Below, piece by piece: positions 1 through 11,342 of a stretch of 64,000 nt of DNA (position 1 is the first letter of the stretch; the number at the start of each line of letters is the position of its first letter). The notes beneath the pieces are model-generated. The model saw nothing but the letters and a program-made list of their open reading frames with translations, did no database searches and was not told the origin of the DNA. Source of the DNA: Squalus acanthias (Eukaryota); NCBI GenBank assembly GCA_030390025.1, contig CM059431.1, positions 116,004,001 to 116,068,000 on the forward strand. Direction: 5' to 3'. The position numbers and the translations under genes are program-made.

Positions 1-2
1 TA

Positions 3-119
3 GAACATGAGGAGGATGAGTCGAAGGAGAGAGAATCTGAGGTGGAGATGGCACCAGGAGCGGCACACATTGCTGCCCGGGAGGCCCGGGATGGCCTCAT
101 AATGGCCAGATTTACTTAA
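3..119 (+). pseudogene. Harbinger transposase C-terminal fragment
   Basis: Translates EHEEDESKERESEVEMAPGAAHIAAREARDGLIMARFT*: an acidic tail plus the ARDxLIxxRF end also seen at ~45030 (+) and ~49130 (-). Confidence 0.75.
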
Positions 120-386
120 CCTGCACCAGTGCACCCATATGGCGCCCAGATGCTGTACCAACTTCCCCCCGCCCAACAACACCACAAAGCAATCCTGTCA
201 CCCAAATCCCCATTGCTCGAGGTTAAGTAATGTCTCACCATTCACGCCAAGTGACAAAGCCACTTCCCAGGCAAAAATGGACAAGACCGGAAAGTAGTGC
301 AAAAAAATAAATTTGTGTGTGTCAGAAATATAACGGAAACTTAACATTAACATTTTGTCAAACATTCATGTGCATACCCTTGTGCA

Positions 387-2360
387 TCTACAATTGTGTT
401 ATTTTTCTTTTCCGAGTGCTTCTATGAGGTGCAAGCCCTGTGACTTCAGCAGAGGTGGAGGCAGGCTGCTCACTTCCCTGCTGCAACTGCTTTGACACTT
501 TTGGCGGGCGTCCTCTGAGTTTTGGAGCCTGTGAGGGCCCCGCCAAAGACTGCTCCTCCTACAACTGTGCAGGGGCAGACTCGGCCATTGGGATCCGAGG
601 CAGCATGTGGGGCTCTGACTGAGGGGAAGGTAACGGGGGAGAAGTGTGAGCGCTTTGAAGAGAGCCCCCAATTCCATGTCCCCTCTCACCATCATCCCTC
701 TCATGGGCCACCCGCAATTCCCTGCTAGCAAGGAGCTGGAGAGCACCCTGCTGCACATCAATGGGGCGATGAACAGCCAAGCCTACGTTGGTATCCCTCC
801 TCGAGATGAGGTCAATGAGTTTCTGCAATCTGTTGTTCACAGCAAGCATGTTCTCGTTGGACATTCTTATCATAAGGCTTCTGATTCATCTCTTTACTCT
901 CCCACAGGTCCATCAAGTGCCAGCCCCTACTGTTTAGCCAGAGGAGGAAAACGACTCCTCAGAGGAAGCTCCACTCTCTGCGGGTGCACCGTCACCAGAC
1001 CCATGCGCACCCAGCACCAGTACATTTGCTGCTTGGTGCAGGTGGCCATCCTTTCCATGGAACAGCACATCGTCGCCGTCACCTGCGAGACGGTGGTGCT
1101 CATGTTGGATATGGACTCCTCCATTCTCTGCACAATTGCACACATCGCAGCTGTAAAAGCTGCCAGAGCCTCATGCATTTGTTACTGCCCCTCCAAGATC
1201 ACCTTCTTTCTCAATGGCCCCCGAGGTTCAGCATCTGCATGCAGCTGGGAGCGTCCTGCACCTTCCGGCAAGGACTCTCTACTGCTGTCTCTGTCTCCAC
1301 CATCTGCTCCTGCTCACTTGTGATCTGTGAGACACCAGGTGACAACACTACTCTATGTCTCGCTGTACCCACCGAGGTGCGCGTATCTGCGCTGGTGCTG
1401 GGCGCACATGGGTCTGGTGACGGTGCACCCGCAGAAAGTGGAGTTTCCTCTGAGGAGTTGTTTTCCTCCTCTGGCTGAACAGTAGGGGCTGGCACTTGAT
1501 GGACCTGTGGGAAAGTAAAGAGATGAATCAGAAGTCTTATGATAAGAATGTGTAATGTTACCATTATGCACATGATGGCATTTCACTGGCTGCTGACATC
1601 AAGTCACCATGATGTTGTATGCCATGTGGCAGTATGAGATTTAATTCTTTCACCAGGTTGCTGGGAGGTCCCCCTCTCTCTGTCGCCCACCGCCAGCAGC
1701 TCTGCAACTCCAGTGATTTCTAGCACCTCTTCCTCTGCTGGAATCAAGTTGGTGAATATTGGAGGGCCACCTCTGGTTCAATGCCTCTCCCTGTTGTTCT
1801 GGGCTCTCTTCTCCTGCAAGGAGGGAAAGAAGAGAACTTTGAGTGAGAGTGATGGAATGAGTGTAAGGAATGGATAGGCTACATCTGTAGAGGGTAACTA
1901 TAAGGGAGTGGTGTGATGTTGCCAAATGGCCTCCTTCTGTGGTGTTACTTCCTATGATTGCATTAGGATGAGGGTGAGTGTCAGCGGTGTTTAGTCAGAT
2001 AGGGATGTGAGTAGGTGCATAGAGAGTGAGGGATGGGTGCACCTTGCAAGGTAGGTTGGTGTGAGGATTGAGGTGCAGGGGTATGCTTGGTAAGTCAGAA
2101 TGATGGGGTTGGGGTGACACGCACATCAGGATGTAAGTAAGTGTGGCATTACACTCACCTTTCCTGACCTCATGAGATCATTAAATCTTTTCCGGCACTG
2201 GATCCAGGACTATGTTATGATATCCCTGCTGCTGACCTCCTTCGCGATCTCCAGTCATGCCCTCTTGGTGTCTCTGGCTGGTCTTTTGCACCCATATGCA
2301 GGGAACAGGACCTCCCTGCGTGCTCTGACTCCTTGGACCAGCACTTCCAGGGAGGCATCT
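387..2360 (-). pseudogene. Harbinger Myb/SANT-like accessory gene, 3 exons, decayed
   Basis: Exon 1 ~2360-2159 (..EVLFP..KRA*LEIAKEV..WIQCRKRFNDLMRSGK|gtgagt). Exon 2 1813-1654 (160 nt, EKRAQNNRE..GGPP). Exon 3 from 1504, ending ..RGRPPK..RSTRKRKITQL*. Contains in-frame stops. Confidence 0.8.
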
Positions 2361-2383
2361 CAGTGATAGCCAGCAATTTCCAC

Positions 2384-4081
2384 GGGGGGAATTTTCCGGG
2401 GGGGTCAGCAGGTGCTATCGGTGGCAGGTCGGGTGGGAAAGTATTTTTTTTTGACAGCGGGTCGGGAACCCACTGTGAACCCCCCACCATGCGACTTTAC
2501 CAAATGTCGGGTCTGCCAGCGCTGAGCAGACCCAGCACGCAGCGGCGGGGCAGGCAATTGAAATAATTGGTGGTTTGTTTACAGCCACTTAACAATGCTT
2601 TTTCCCAGCTTTTTTGATTTCAACAGGTCGCCTACCGGTTTCCCGCTGTGCCTAGACCTTGTCAGTGAAGCTGAGGCGAGAGGTCACTTGCCATTGTTTC
2701 AGCTGATGAGTTGACAGCTTCAAATGTCAAGTCAAAGCTCCCAGTTGATTCAGATATCTTCCCTTAACCACTCGCTTCTCTAAACTGCATTTCCACTGCA
2801 GATTCATAATGCTGCAAGTCTTTACACAAGTCTCCATCCAGTCTGACCTCATTACCTCACTCACCATTGACAGATCGCTTCTGTCATCTCTACTTCACTT
2901 GCCATCTATTCCATCAGCATCAGTGCCCTTTAACCTCTCTCACCTTGGTCCTCAGAATCCCAACATGATCAGCCCAATACCTGCAGCACCAGGCACACCA
3001 GCAGCACCAACAACAACACCAACCTTCTCCTCAATCACCTGATGCTGCACAGGATACAAGGTATCAGCACCTGACTACATTGCTGCCAGGGATGGCCTCC
3101 CCATGGCCACATTTGCTTCACTTGATGCTGTACACCTTGGCTGCCACATGATGTGCCAGGTTGGTACCACCCCACACCAACACCATAAAGCATTCCTACA
3201 ATGCCCAAGCCATTCCTGTCACACGCATCACCATTATGGGGGGTACCGTTATGGCTCACCATTCACTGCAACTCACTAAGCCAGTTCCAAATGTGCATGC
3301 AAGTCTGTCCAAGAACACAAAGTGTTGAAAATAAAGGTTTCAATGTTTGACACAACATTAACAGAAACTTTACATGAACATTGCATAAAACACCCAAGTG
3401 CCTTGTGTCTTGTTAGTTGGTATGGTTGGACTAGGATGAGGGTGAGTGTGAGGGGTGGCTAGTGAGATGGGAAAGTGATAATGTAGATAGAGAGGGATGG
3501 ATGGAGGTGCAAGGTAAGTTGGTGTGAGTATGGATGTGCAGGAGTAGGGTAGGGAAGGCAAAGTGATGCGGATGTGATGAGTGGCACAGCAGGATGAGGT
3601 TGAGTGTGGCTTTGCAGTAACGTTTCATGATCATTGAAAGGTTAGTGGTACTGCAGCCTGGTCCTCCTGATGATAGCCCTACTTGTGTCCTCCTGTGCAA
3701 TGTGCAACCAGGCTGCATTGGTCTCCTGGGGAGGTCTCTTCTGCCCATTGGAAGGAGTCATAGGAAAGCCTGGGTGCAGCCCTGCACCTCTGTGCAGTGC
3801 TTGGCAGTGTTTGCAGCACCTCAATGCTGTAGAACACTGACAACACAAATGTCAAAATAAATTTGTGCATGGTCCCTTTAAGGAATCCGGCTGATGACGC
3901 ATCATCAAATGATGTCATCAGACCCACTTTCTTCAATTGGCCGGCAAATGCACTGGGCTTGCTTAACAAGCCCAATCAGGGGAAAATCATTCTACACAGC
4001 GGGATGGAGACAGCAGCGAGGCCGGGACACGCCACTGACATCGCCCGTCATGGACCCACCAAGGTTGGTAAAATCCAGTCC
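2384..4081. mobile_element. Non-autonomous Harbinger derivative nested in element A
   Basis: Imperfect TIRs GGGGGGAATTTTCC / GGTAAAATCCAGTCC, flanked by CAC on both sides. Q/H-rich transposase-like start near 2960 (+). Myb exon-1 remnant 3625-3790 (-): AAPR..KRPPQETNAAWLHIAQE. Confidence 0.65.
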
Positions 4082-4332
4082 CACCTCTCCTACAACAACC
4101 TTCAACTGGGATGTGTGCAAGGCTGCTTTAAGTATCTGTGCTGAAAACGGGTCATCGGTGACATCAGCAGATCCGCTCCATTTTATTGGGCCGGGAAACT
4201 CGCAGGACTGTTTCAATTGATGTAATTGAGTTAAGCGCGCAGTGCAGAACGCGCTGTTAAAAAGTTCGGGATGGCGACCTGTTACACGGCCCGCACGCAC
4301 CCACCCCGACACTCAGGTAAAGATTCCGGCCC

Positions 4333-4655
4333 AGGTATCATTCTGGTAAACCTACGCTGCACTCCCTCCAAGGCCAATATGTCCTTCCCAAGGTGTGGTG
4401 CCCAGAACTGCTCACAGTACTCCAGGTGTGGCCTAACCAGGGCTTTGTATAGCTGCAGCATAACTTCTGACCTCTTATATTCTAGTCCTCAAATATAAAG
4501 GCCAGCATTCCATTTGCCTTTTTGATTATTTTCTGTACCTGTCCATGGCATTTTAATGATCTATGTACATGGAGCCCCCAAGTCTCTTTGGACCTCCACT
4601 GTTTCTAGCTTTTCACCATTTAGAAAGTACTCTGTTTTATCCTTTTTAGTTCCAG
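4333..4655 (-). mobile_element. CR1 LINE fragment (ORF2 3' part)
   Basis: Reverse strand reads as LYKALVRPHLEYCEQFWAP..KDILALEGVQRRFTRMI, matching the other CR1 copies. Confidence 0.8.
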
Positions 4656-4823
4656 ATGAGAAATAGCTTAACAGGAAAAGAATATTCAACTGCATTGCCC
4701 CTTTATCTTAGATGGCACGAAGGGAGATAGCTGCTCCCAAAGAAACAAAAGTAAAATACATCAGTTAAAATATTTTCATGTGATATTTTCTAAAATACCT
4801 TCAGAATCATGGGGTGAATCAAC

Positions 4824-6255
4824 ATATAGAAACATAGAAACATAGAAGATAGGAGCAGGAGTAGGCCATTCGGCCCCTCAAGCCTGCTCCGCCATTCAAT
4901 GAGATCATGGCTGATCATCCAAATTCAGTACCCTGTCCCTGCCTTTTCCCCATATCCCTTGATCCCTTTAGTCTTAAGAAATATATCTAACTCCTTCTTG
5001 AATATATTTAATGAATTGGCCTCCACTGCCTTCTGTGGTAGAGAATGCCACAGGTTCACCACTCTCTGGGTGAAGAAATTCCTCCTCATTTCTGTCCTAA
5101 ATGGCTTACCCCTTATCCTTAGACCGTGACCCCTGGTTCTGGACTCCCCAACCATCGGGAACATCCTTCCTGCATCTAGTCTGTCTAGTCCTGTTAGAAT
5201 TTTATAAGTTTCAATGAGATCCCCTCTCATTCTTCTAAACTCCAGCGAGCATAAGCCCAATCGACCCAATCTCTCCTCATACGTCATTCCTGCCATCCCA
5301 GGTATCAGTCTGGTGAATCTTCGCTGCACTCCCTCCATGGCAAGAACATCCTTCCTCAGATAAGGCGACCAAAACTGCACACAATACTCAAGGTGTGGTC
5401 TCACCAAGGCCCTGTACAACTGCAGCAAGACATCCTTGTTCCTGTATTTGAACCCTCTCGCTACGAAGGCCAACATACCATTTGCCTTCTTAACCGCCTG
5501 CTGCACCTGCATGCTTACCTTCAGCGACTGGTGCACAAGGACACCCAGGTCTCGTTGCACTTCCCCTTCTCCCAATCTATTGCCATTCAGATAATAATCT
5601 GCCTTCCCGTTTTTGACACCAAAGTGGATAACCTCGCATTTATCCACATTATAATGCGTCTGCCATGATTCTGCCCAATCACCCAACCTGTCCAAATCAT
5701 ACTGGAGTTTTTCTGCATCCTCCTCACAGCACACACGCCCACCCAGCTTTGTGTCATCTGCAAACTTGGAGATATTACATCTATTTCCCTCGCCTAGATC
5801 ATTAATATATATTGTGAATAGCTGGGGTCCTAGCACCGATCCCTGCGGTACCCCACTAGTCACTGCCTGCCACTCGGAAAAAGACCCGTTTATTCCAACT
5901 CTTTGCCTTCTGTCTGCCAACCAGTTCTCTATCCAAGTCAATACCTTGCCCCCAATCCCATGTGCCTTAACTTTACACGCTAATCTCTTATGCGGGACCT
6001 TATCGAAAGCCTTCTGGAACTCCAAATACACCACATCCACTGGTTCTCCCTTATCTATTTTACCAGTTACATCTTCAAAAAATTCCAGTAGATTAGTCAA
6101 GCATGATTCACCTTTTGTAAATCCATGTTGACTTTGTCCGATCCTGTCACTGTTTTCAAAGTGCTCTGCTATTACATCTTTTATAATGGACTCTAGCATT
6201 TTCCCCACTACCAATGTCAGGCTTATCGGTCTATAATTCCCCGTTTTCTCCCTAC
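4824..6255 (-). mobile_element. 5'-truncated CR1 LINE
   Basis: Open RT frame (NYRPISLT, QHGF, GVPQGSVLGP, FADD) ending GEKAGTGY*, followed by a 3' UTR and (TTCTATGT)n tail at ~4825-4848. Confidence 0.95.
4925..6252 (-). CDS. CR1 ORF2 reverse transcriptase and C-terminal domain (uninterrupted, but lacks the endonuclease and start)
   Basis: ORF 4925..6499. Only the part from EKTGNYRP onward is CR1-derived. Confidence 0.85.
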
Positions 6256-6259
6256 TTCC

Positions 6260-8725
6260 AAAATTGAAGGCATCTGCTTTGTTGTCTCTGCCCCCTCTGA
6301 CTTCTCCCCATCCAAAGCTTCTGCTGCTCTCTGTTCCTGAGGTACTTCGCCCCTCACTCCACAGTCTCTCCTCCATCTCCCCATCATCAATAAATATATC
6401 TCTTCCATGAAGCCCACAACCTGTCCCATTGCCCCTTCCATTCCCTGCTCCCGACTGCCAAACTGCCCCTTCTATTGCCACGATCACTGCCACCATCAAC
6501 CCACTCCTTCCTCTGGCTTGGTCTTTTCATCTTTCAAAATCACTGGTGTCACACGCCCCTTCCTCAAAAAAAAAAAGCTTTTCCACCCCTCTATCTTCTT
6601 GCCCATCTACAACCTTCCCTTTCTTACCACAGTTAATGCGGGTCTTTGGCAAGATATTACTTTTGCCTGTGCCCCTGACCCTGGCCAATTTTCCACAGTT
6701 AGGACAATTTCATTAGGGCAGACACTAGGGCTATTTATAGTGCCACTGGATTGCCAGTCTCAGGTTAGGGCGGGGAGTGGAGGGAAATTGCTGGGACACC
6801 TTACTGCAGCATAGGTGGTGCCAGCTGAACAACTCAAAAATAGTTTTTGTTCTCTTGAATTTTAAACTTGCTGCTTTGACCAATGCACTGAATCGCTCTG
6901 CAATCGATTGCACTAGATGAAGCAATCATAGCAAAGCTGGACATCCTGAATGTTCCAGTGTTCCTTTTGCTCAATATTGCTAAGTCAAAATGATGAGGGA
7001 ATCCATTGTATGATGCATTCTTGTCATTTGTGTCTTACCATAATATGTCCCCTGTATTTGGACAGGCGTATCATCCACCCAACGTCACATCCGGCAGAGA
7101 ATTCTGGTAGTGGCATCAGGTGACAGGATGTCAGTCGAGTGCTTCGCTAACCTAATTTCTTCCCTCATCCTCCTGGATTATGCCCAAAATCAGGTTGAGT
7201 AGCAGAGGAAATTCTGGCTTCTCTTCTCTATGCTGCATCTCAGTGGCACTGCTCCCTCCTGGTTCCACTCGTATCTGTCACACTAGAGATTACAATCCTC
7301 AAGTGGTTTCTCTTTCCACATCCACACAGTCACCTCTCTGAATCCTAGAACTTCCTTGTTTTTCATCATTTACAGGCCATCCCATCATTTACAGACCCCA
7401 TGTTATCTGGAAGCATGGGCTCTGTTCTCTGATGATAGTTGGCTCTACCTAGTTAGCTTCTCCATTGACCCCATGCCTGTTGCGATTGTCTCCAACTGCC
7501 TATGAACATTAAAATCTGGATCAGCCAAAACTTTCCCAAATTAATGTTGGCAAAACTGAAGCCAGTATCTTCAGTCCCTGAAAACAACTACATGCCTTTA
7601 AATTCAGCCCAACTCCCCCTCCCCCATTGTCACTCAGGCTTATCTAAGAGGTATGGAACCTTGGATTATCGCTCGACCCCAGATTCAACTTCCTCTTCCA
7701 CATACGAACTGTCATCGAGATGGTTTTATTTCACCTTCACAACGTTGCTCACCTCCACCCCCACCTCTCCTCCCTCCACCACCAAACCCTCATCCATACT
7801 TCTATAACCTGGTGGCTGCACCTCTCTAATGCTCCTAAACCTGTGTCTTTCTCTATTTCCCTCCCATCTCCCTTCGTCTCCTCTCAAAACTCATATTATC
7901 CATGAGACCGATCCCCTGCTCCCTTAAACTCATTCTCACTAAAACTGTTGGCCGTCGAACTTCCCTGCTTGGCCCCATGCCAGCTTACATTGTAAGTGGT
8001 TCCCTTTCTTCAGGTACTGTACCCCTGCCCTAGCCTTCAACCTATGTCAACTTTCAGTTTCTCTCCAAGCTCCTCTTATTCATTAGACCTACCTTCTGCT
8101 TCCTTGGCCCCATTTCAACTAAGTGCTATCACCAACCTCCCTCCCTAGCCTCTACGCTAGCTGACATTGTAAGTGCTTCCCTCTCTTCAGGTACTGTCTC
8201 CCTTCCTTTCAAAAGTGCGGTTATCACCTGCTTCCTCAAAATAACGACCCTTGACCCCTTTGTTCTTGAGAACTACCGACCCATCTCCAAACTTCCTTTT
8301 TTCTCCAAAGTGAATGTGCTGTCACCTCCCAAATCTATGCCCATCTTTCCTGCAATTCTTTGTTTGAATCTCTTCAATCATGTCTCCACCTTTGTATATG
8401 ACCTCCTGTATGTCCCCAAATGCACTCTCCAGTCTTCCAGTTCCAGTTTGCGTCTCGTCCCTCACTCCCACAGCTCCACTGTCTCCAGCCTCTCCTTCAG
8501 CCAACTTGTCCCTGCTCTCTGAATCTCCCTCTTTTTGCATCTCAACATTGCAAGTTCCTCCCTGCCTTCAAAGGCCTCCTCAAAGCCCCCCCCCCCTTTC
8601 GACCTTGCTTTTGCCCCTGGTGGCCTACATCCTTCCCCCCCACTGCACAGTGTTCACTTACTTTGTAAAACACCCTGAGATGTTTCTTGGCTTGTAATCT
8701 GTGCTACAGAAAAGGAAGTTGTTTA
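6260..8725 (+). mobile_element. Decayed L2-clade LINE fragments (6260-6640, 7230-8725)
   Basis: Pyrimidine-rich sequence with NYRPISKLPFFSK-like coding remnant at ~8270 and a 3' end like those at ~20050 and ~63690. Confidence 0.55.
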
Positions 8726-9989
8726 TATAATTGACTGGGAAAGAACCCATCACTTTACCAAAATAAGGGGTGGGAACATAGAGTTCCTTTCCCTAGCCGA
8801 TTAGTTGTAGACTGTCTTTTCAAATCTGTTTCGTGTAGGAAATGGATTCCTAGTCAGTTCATTTACAAGTGTCTGAATGTGTTCAGATTTTCATCAGCTT
8901 GAAAGTGAGCCAAGAAGAAGCAAAGCTCTGCAGAACTAATACTGATCTGTGGCATGATTTTGAAGCTTCAGAGCTGAGGCTTGTTCACAGTGAGCTGTAG
9001 AATTTCTGTTGTGATCTGGTGACAGTGCATTGATGTACAAGCACACTAAACACTAGTAAAACATGGATTTGTGCTAGGGTTTCCCCATGTGGTAAATGCT
9101 TTCATTTGGCTGGGCAGTTGAGAAGATGACGTAAAGTGCTGAGAAACTGCCCTGCAGGGAAGAAGCAAATAACCCAGACACAAGCTAACAGGCAATACTC
9201 TCTTAAAACCTCTTAGCTATTAACTGAAGGATAACAGGGGCAAGTGTTTGAATGCAGGTCACCTTTGAACTGTGTAACTGTACATGACAGACATGCACAG
9301 AATTGAAGAGTGGGGAAACAAAATTGGGGTAAAATTTTAAAAAATAAATAATGAATGTAACTAACATTTACAGAAATAATTTTTTAGCAAGAATGCCTTC
9401 ATATAAGCCTGACATTTAATAGCGTGATCCAAAAACATGGTTCCCAATCTTGCATGCCTGATGCTTGAGGTGCCCAATTTTCCAATGGCGACTTGGAGGC
9501 AAATAATCAGACTGTGCGAACATTAACTGCAGCTCCATTGCATTAAAAAAAGTCCCATACTGAATTTCACATCCATGGTTGGGATTCCACCTACAGCACA
9601 AGCCTTGTCCATAACAACTAGGTGTAGGAGAAGCATGGAATGTGGCCTGCCCAAGTAAGCCTCTTAGAAGGAGGAGGATCTCAGGACCTGAGTTCTGAAT
9701 GTGTTGCAAAATTGAGATGAGGAAGTGGAGTTTGTGGGAGGGATGCCAACAAATACAGGCAAGGTGACTCCAGAGGTGTTTATCCGTTACTGCTCTAGGA
9801 TCTGCATTAATCAACCCTGCCACACATAGCTGGGGCATGTCAGAGGAGCCCCATCTTCATCACCGCTGCTTCACAAGACAGGCTTTCAGAGTTGTACCAT
9901 TTGCTTCACAATGGCCTGCACTCAGCATCTGTACCAGATATGGCTTCTCTTGTACAAGTGAATGTTACCACAGCATAAAAAGAATGTAA

Positions 9990-10100
9990 AGAAAGAACTT
10001 GCATTTGTATGAAGTGTAGTCACTGTTGTAGTGTAGGAAACGCGGCAGCCAGGTCCCACAAACGGCAATGTGATAATGAACAGATCATCTGTTTTCATAT
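9990..10100 (-). mobile_element. DeuSINE 3' fragment
   Basis: Matches 58160-58330 (gaacttgcattt..gtcactgttgtagtgtaggaaacgcggcagcc). Confidence 0.65.
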
Positions 10101-11117
10101 TCACTTTTCATTCAAGGCCACCCCAGGTTATATCTGCCACATTAGGCAGACTGCAGTGCGTACAGGTATCAAACAAGTGACCAACACTTTGGAGGTGAAT
10201 TTCTGTGGGCCTTCTCCCACTCGCCTGCTGTAGTTTCGGTGGAACAGCTGCAGAAGCCCTGGAAAAATGGTACAAGGGAACAGGGTGGCTGCACTTACTC
10301 TGTTGGTGACTTCCCTCCCTGCTACTGGCACCAATGCTTTTACTAGACGGTGGCCATCAACCCCAAATAGGGCCATTTTCTTTGGTGTACCTCCTGTAGC
10401 ACCACCTCCAAGTCCACAGCATCAAAGGAACCATTGTTGCCCACATGTCTTTGCTGTGCCTTTCTGAACAATTAGAACATTTTTCTGTCACCACTACAAC
10501 TTCTTAATCATAGAGTCATAGAGGTTTACAGCACAGAAAGAGGCCCTTCGGCCCATCGTGTCCGCGCCGGCCATCAAGCCCTGTCTATTCTAATCCCATT
10601 TTTCAGCACTTGGTCCGTAGCCTTGTATGCTATGGCATTTCAAGTGCTCATCTAAATGCTTCTTGAATGTTGTGAGGGTTCCTGCCTCTACCACCCTTTC
10701 AGGCAGTGAGTTCCAGATTCCAACCACCCTCTGGGTGAAAAAGTTTTTCCTCAAATCTCCTCTAAAACTCCTGCTCCTTACCTTGAAACTATGCCCCCTG
10801 GTTATTGACCCCTCTACTAAGGGGAAAAGTTCCTTTCTATCTACCCTATCTATGCCCCTCATAATTTTGTACACCTCAATCAGATCCCCCCTCAGCCTTC
10901 TCTGCTCTAAGGAAAACAACCCCAGCCTGTCCAGTCTCTCTTCATAGCTGAAGCGCTCCAGCCCAGGTAACATCCTGGTGAATCTCCTCTGCACCCTCTC
11001 AAATGCAATCACATCCCTCCTATAGTGTGGCGACCAGAACTGCACACAGTATTCCAGCTGTGGCCTAACTAGCATTTTGTACAGCTCCATCATAACCTCC
11101 CTGCTCTTATATTCTAT

Positions 11118-11342
11118 AGTGGTCATGATGTGGAGATGCCGGTGTTGGACTGGGGTGGACAAAATTGAGAGGTCGCACAACACCAGGTTATAGTCCAACA
11201 GTTTTATTTGAAATCACAAGCTTTCGGAGCTATCGATTTGCTCCTTCCTCCACCTGAGGAAGGAGCAAATCGATAGCTCCGAAAGCTTGTGATTTCAAAT
11301 AAAACTGTTGGACTATAACCTGGTGTTGTGCGACCTCTCAAT
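11118..11342 (-). mobile_element. Penelope-like fold-back short element, family B, inserted in CR1 ORF2
   Basis: Perfect 87-bp inverted arms (11164-11250 / 11256-11342) plus a unique tail. TSD (T)CTTATATTCTAT at 11105-11117 and 11342-11354. Confidence 0.85.
11251..11292 (+). ncRNA. Minimal type I hammerhead ribozyme motif (family B)
   Basis: cac-CTGAGGA-a-GGAGC(aaatcgata)GCTCC-GAA-AGCT-T-gtg: core boxes, 5-bp helix II, palindromic helix III, helix I cac/gtg. Confidence 0.75.

Larger units (their letters stand above)
1..4332. mobile_element. PIF/Harbinger transposon A (other end lies outside the window), adjoining and probably inserted in a CR1
   Basis: Transposase C-terminus (+) converges on a 3-exon Myb/SANT gene (-). 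Terminal GGTAAAGATTCCGGCCC at ~4316-4332 resembles the other GGGC..ATTTT TIRs in the window. CR1 sequence starts at 4333. Confidence 0.8.

Noticed and set aside
5393..6131. Recurrent antisense ORFs over CR1 copies (also 11494-12033, 16737-17361)
   Set aside because: Shadow frames of the RT coding strand. They recur only because the repeat recurs.
4925..6499. 524-aa ORF as a novel RT fusion protein
   Set aside because: The first ~80 aa are chance read-in from the antisense of a flanking L2-like fragment. The rest is a 5'-truncated CR1.
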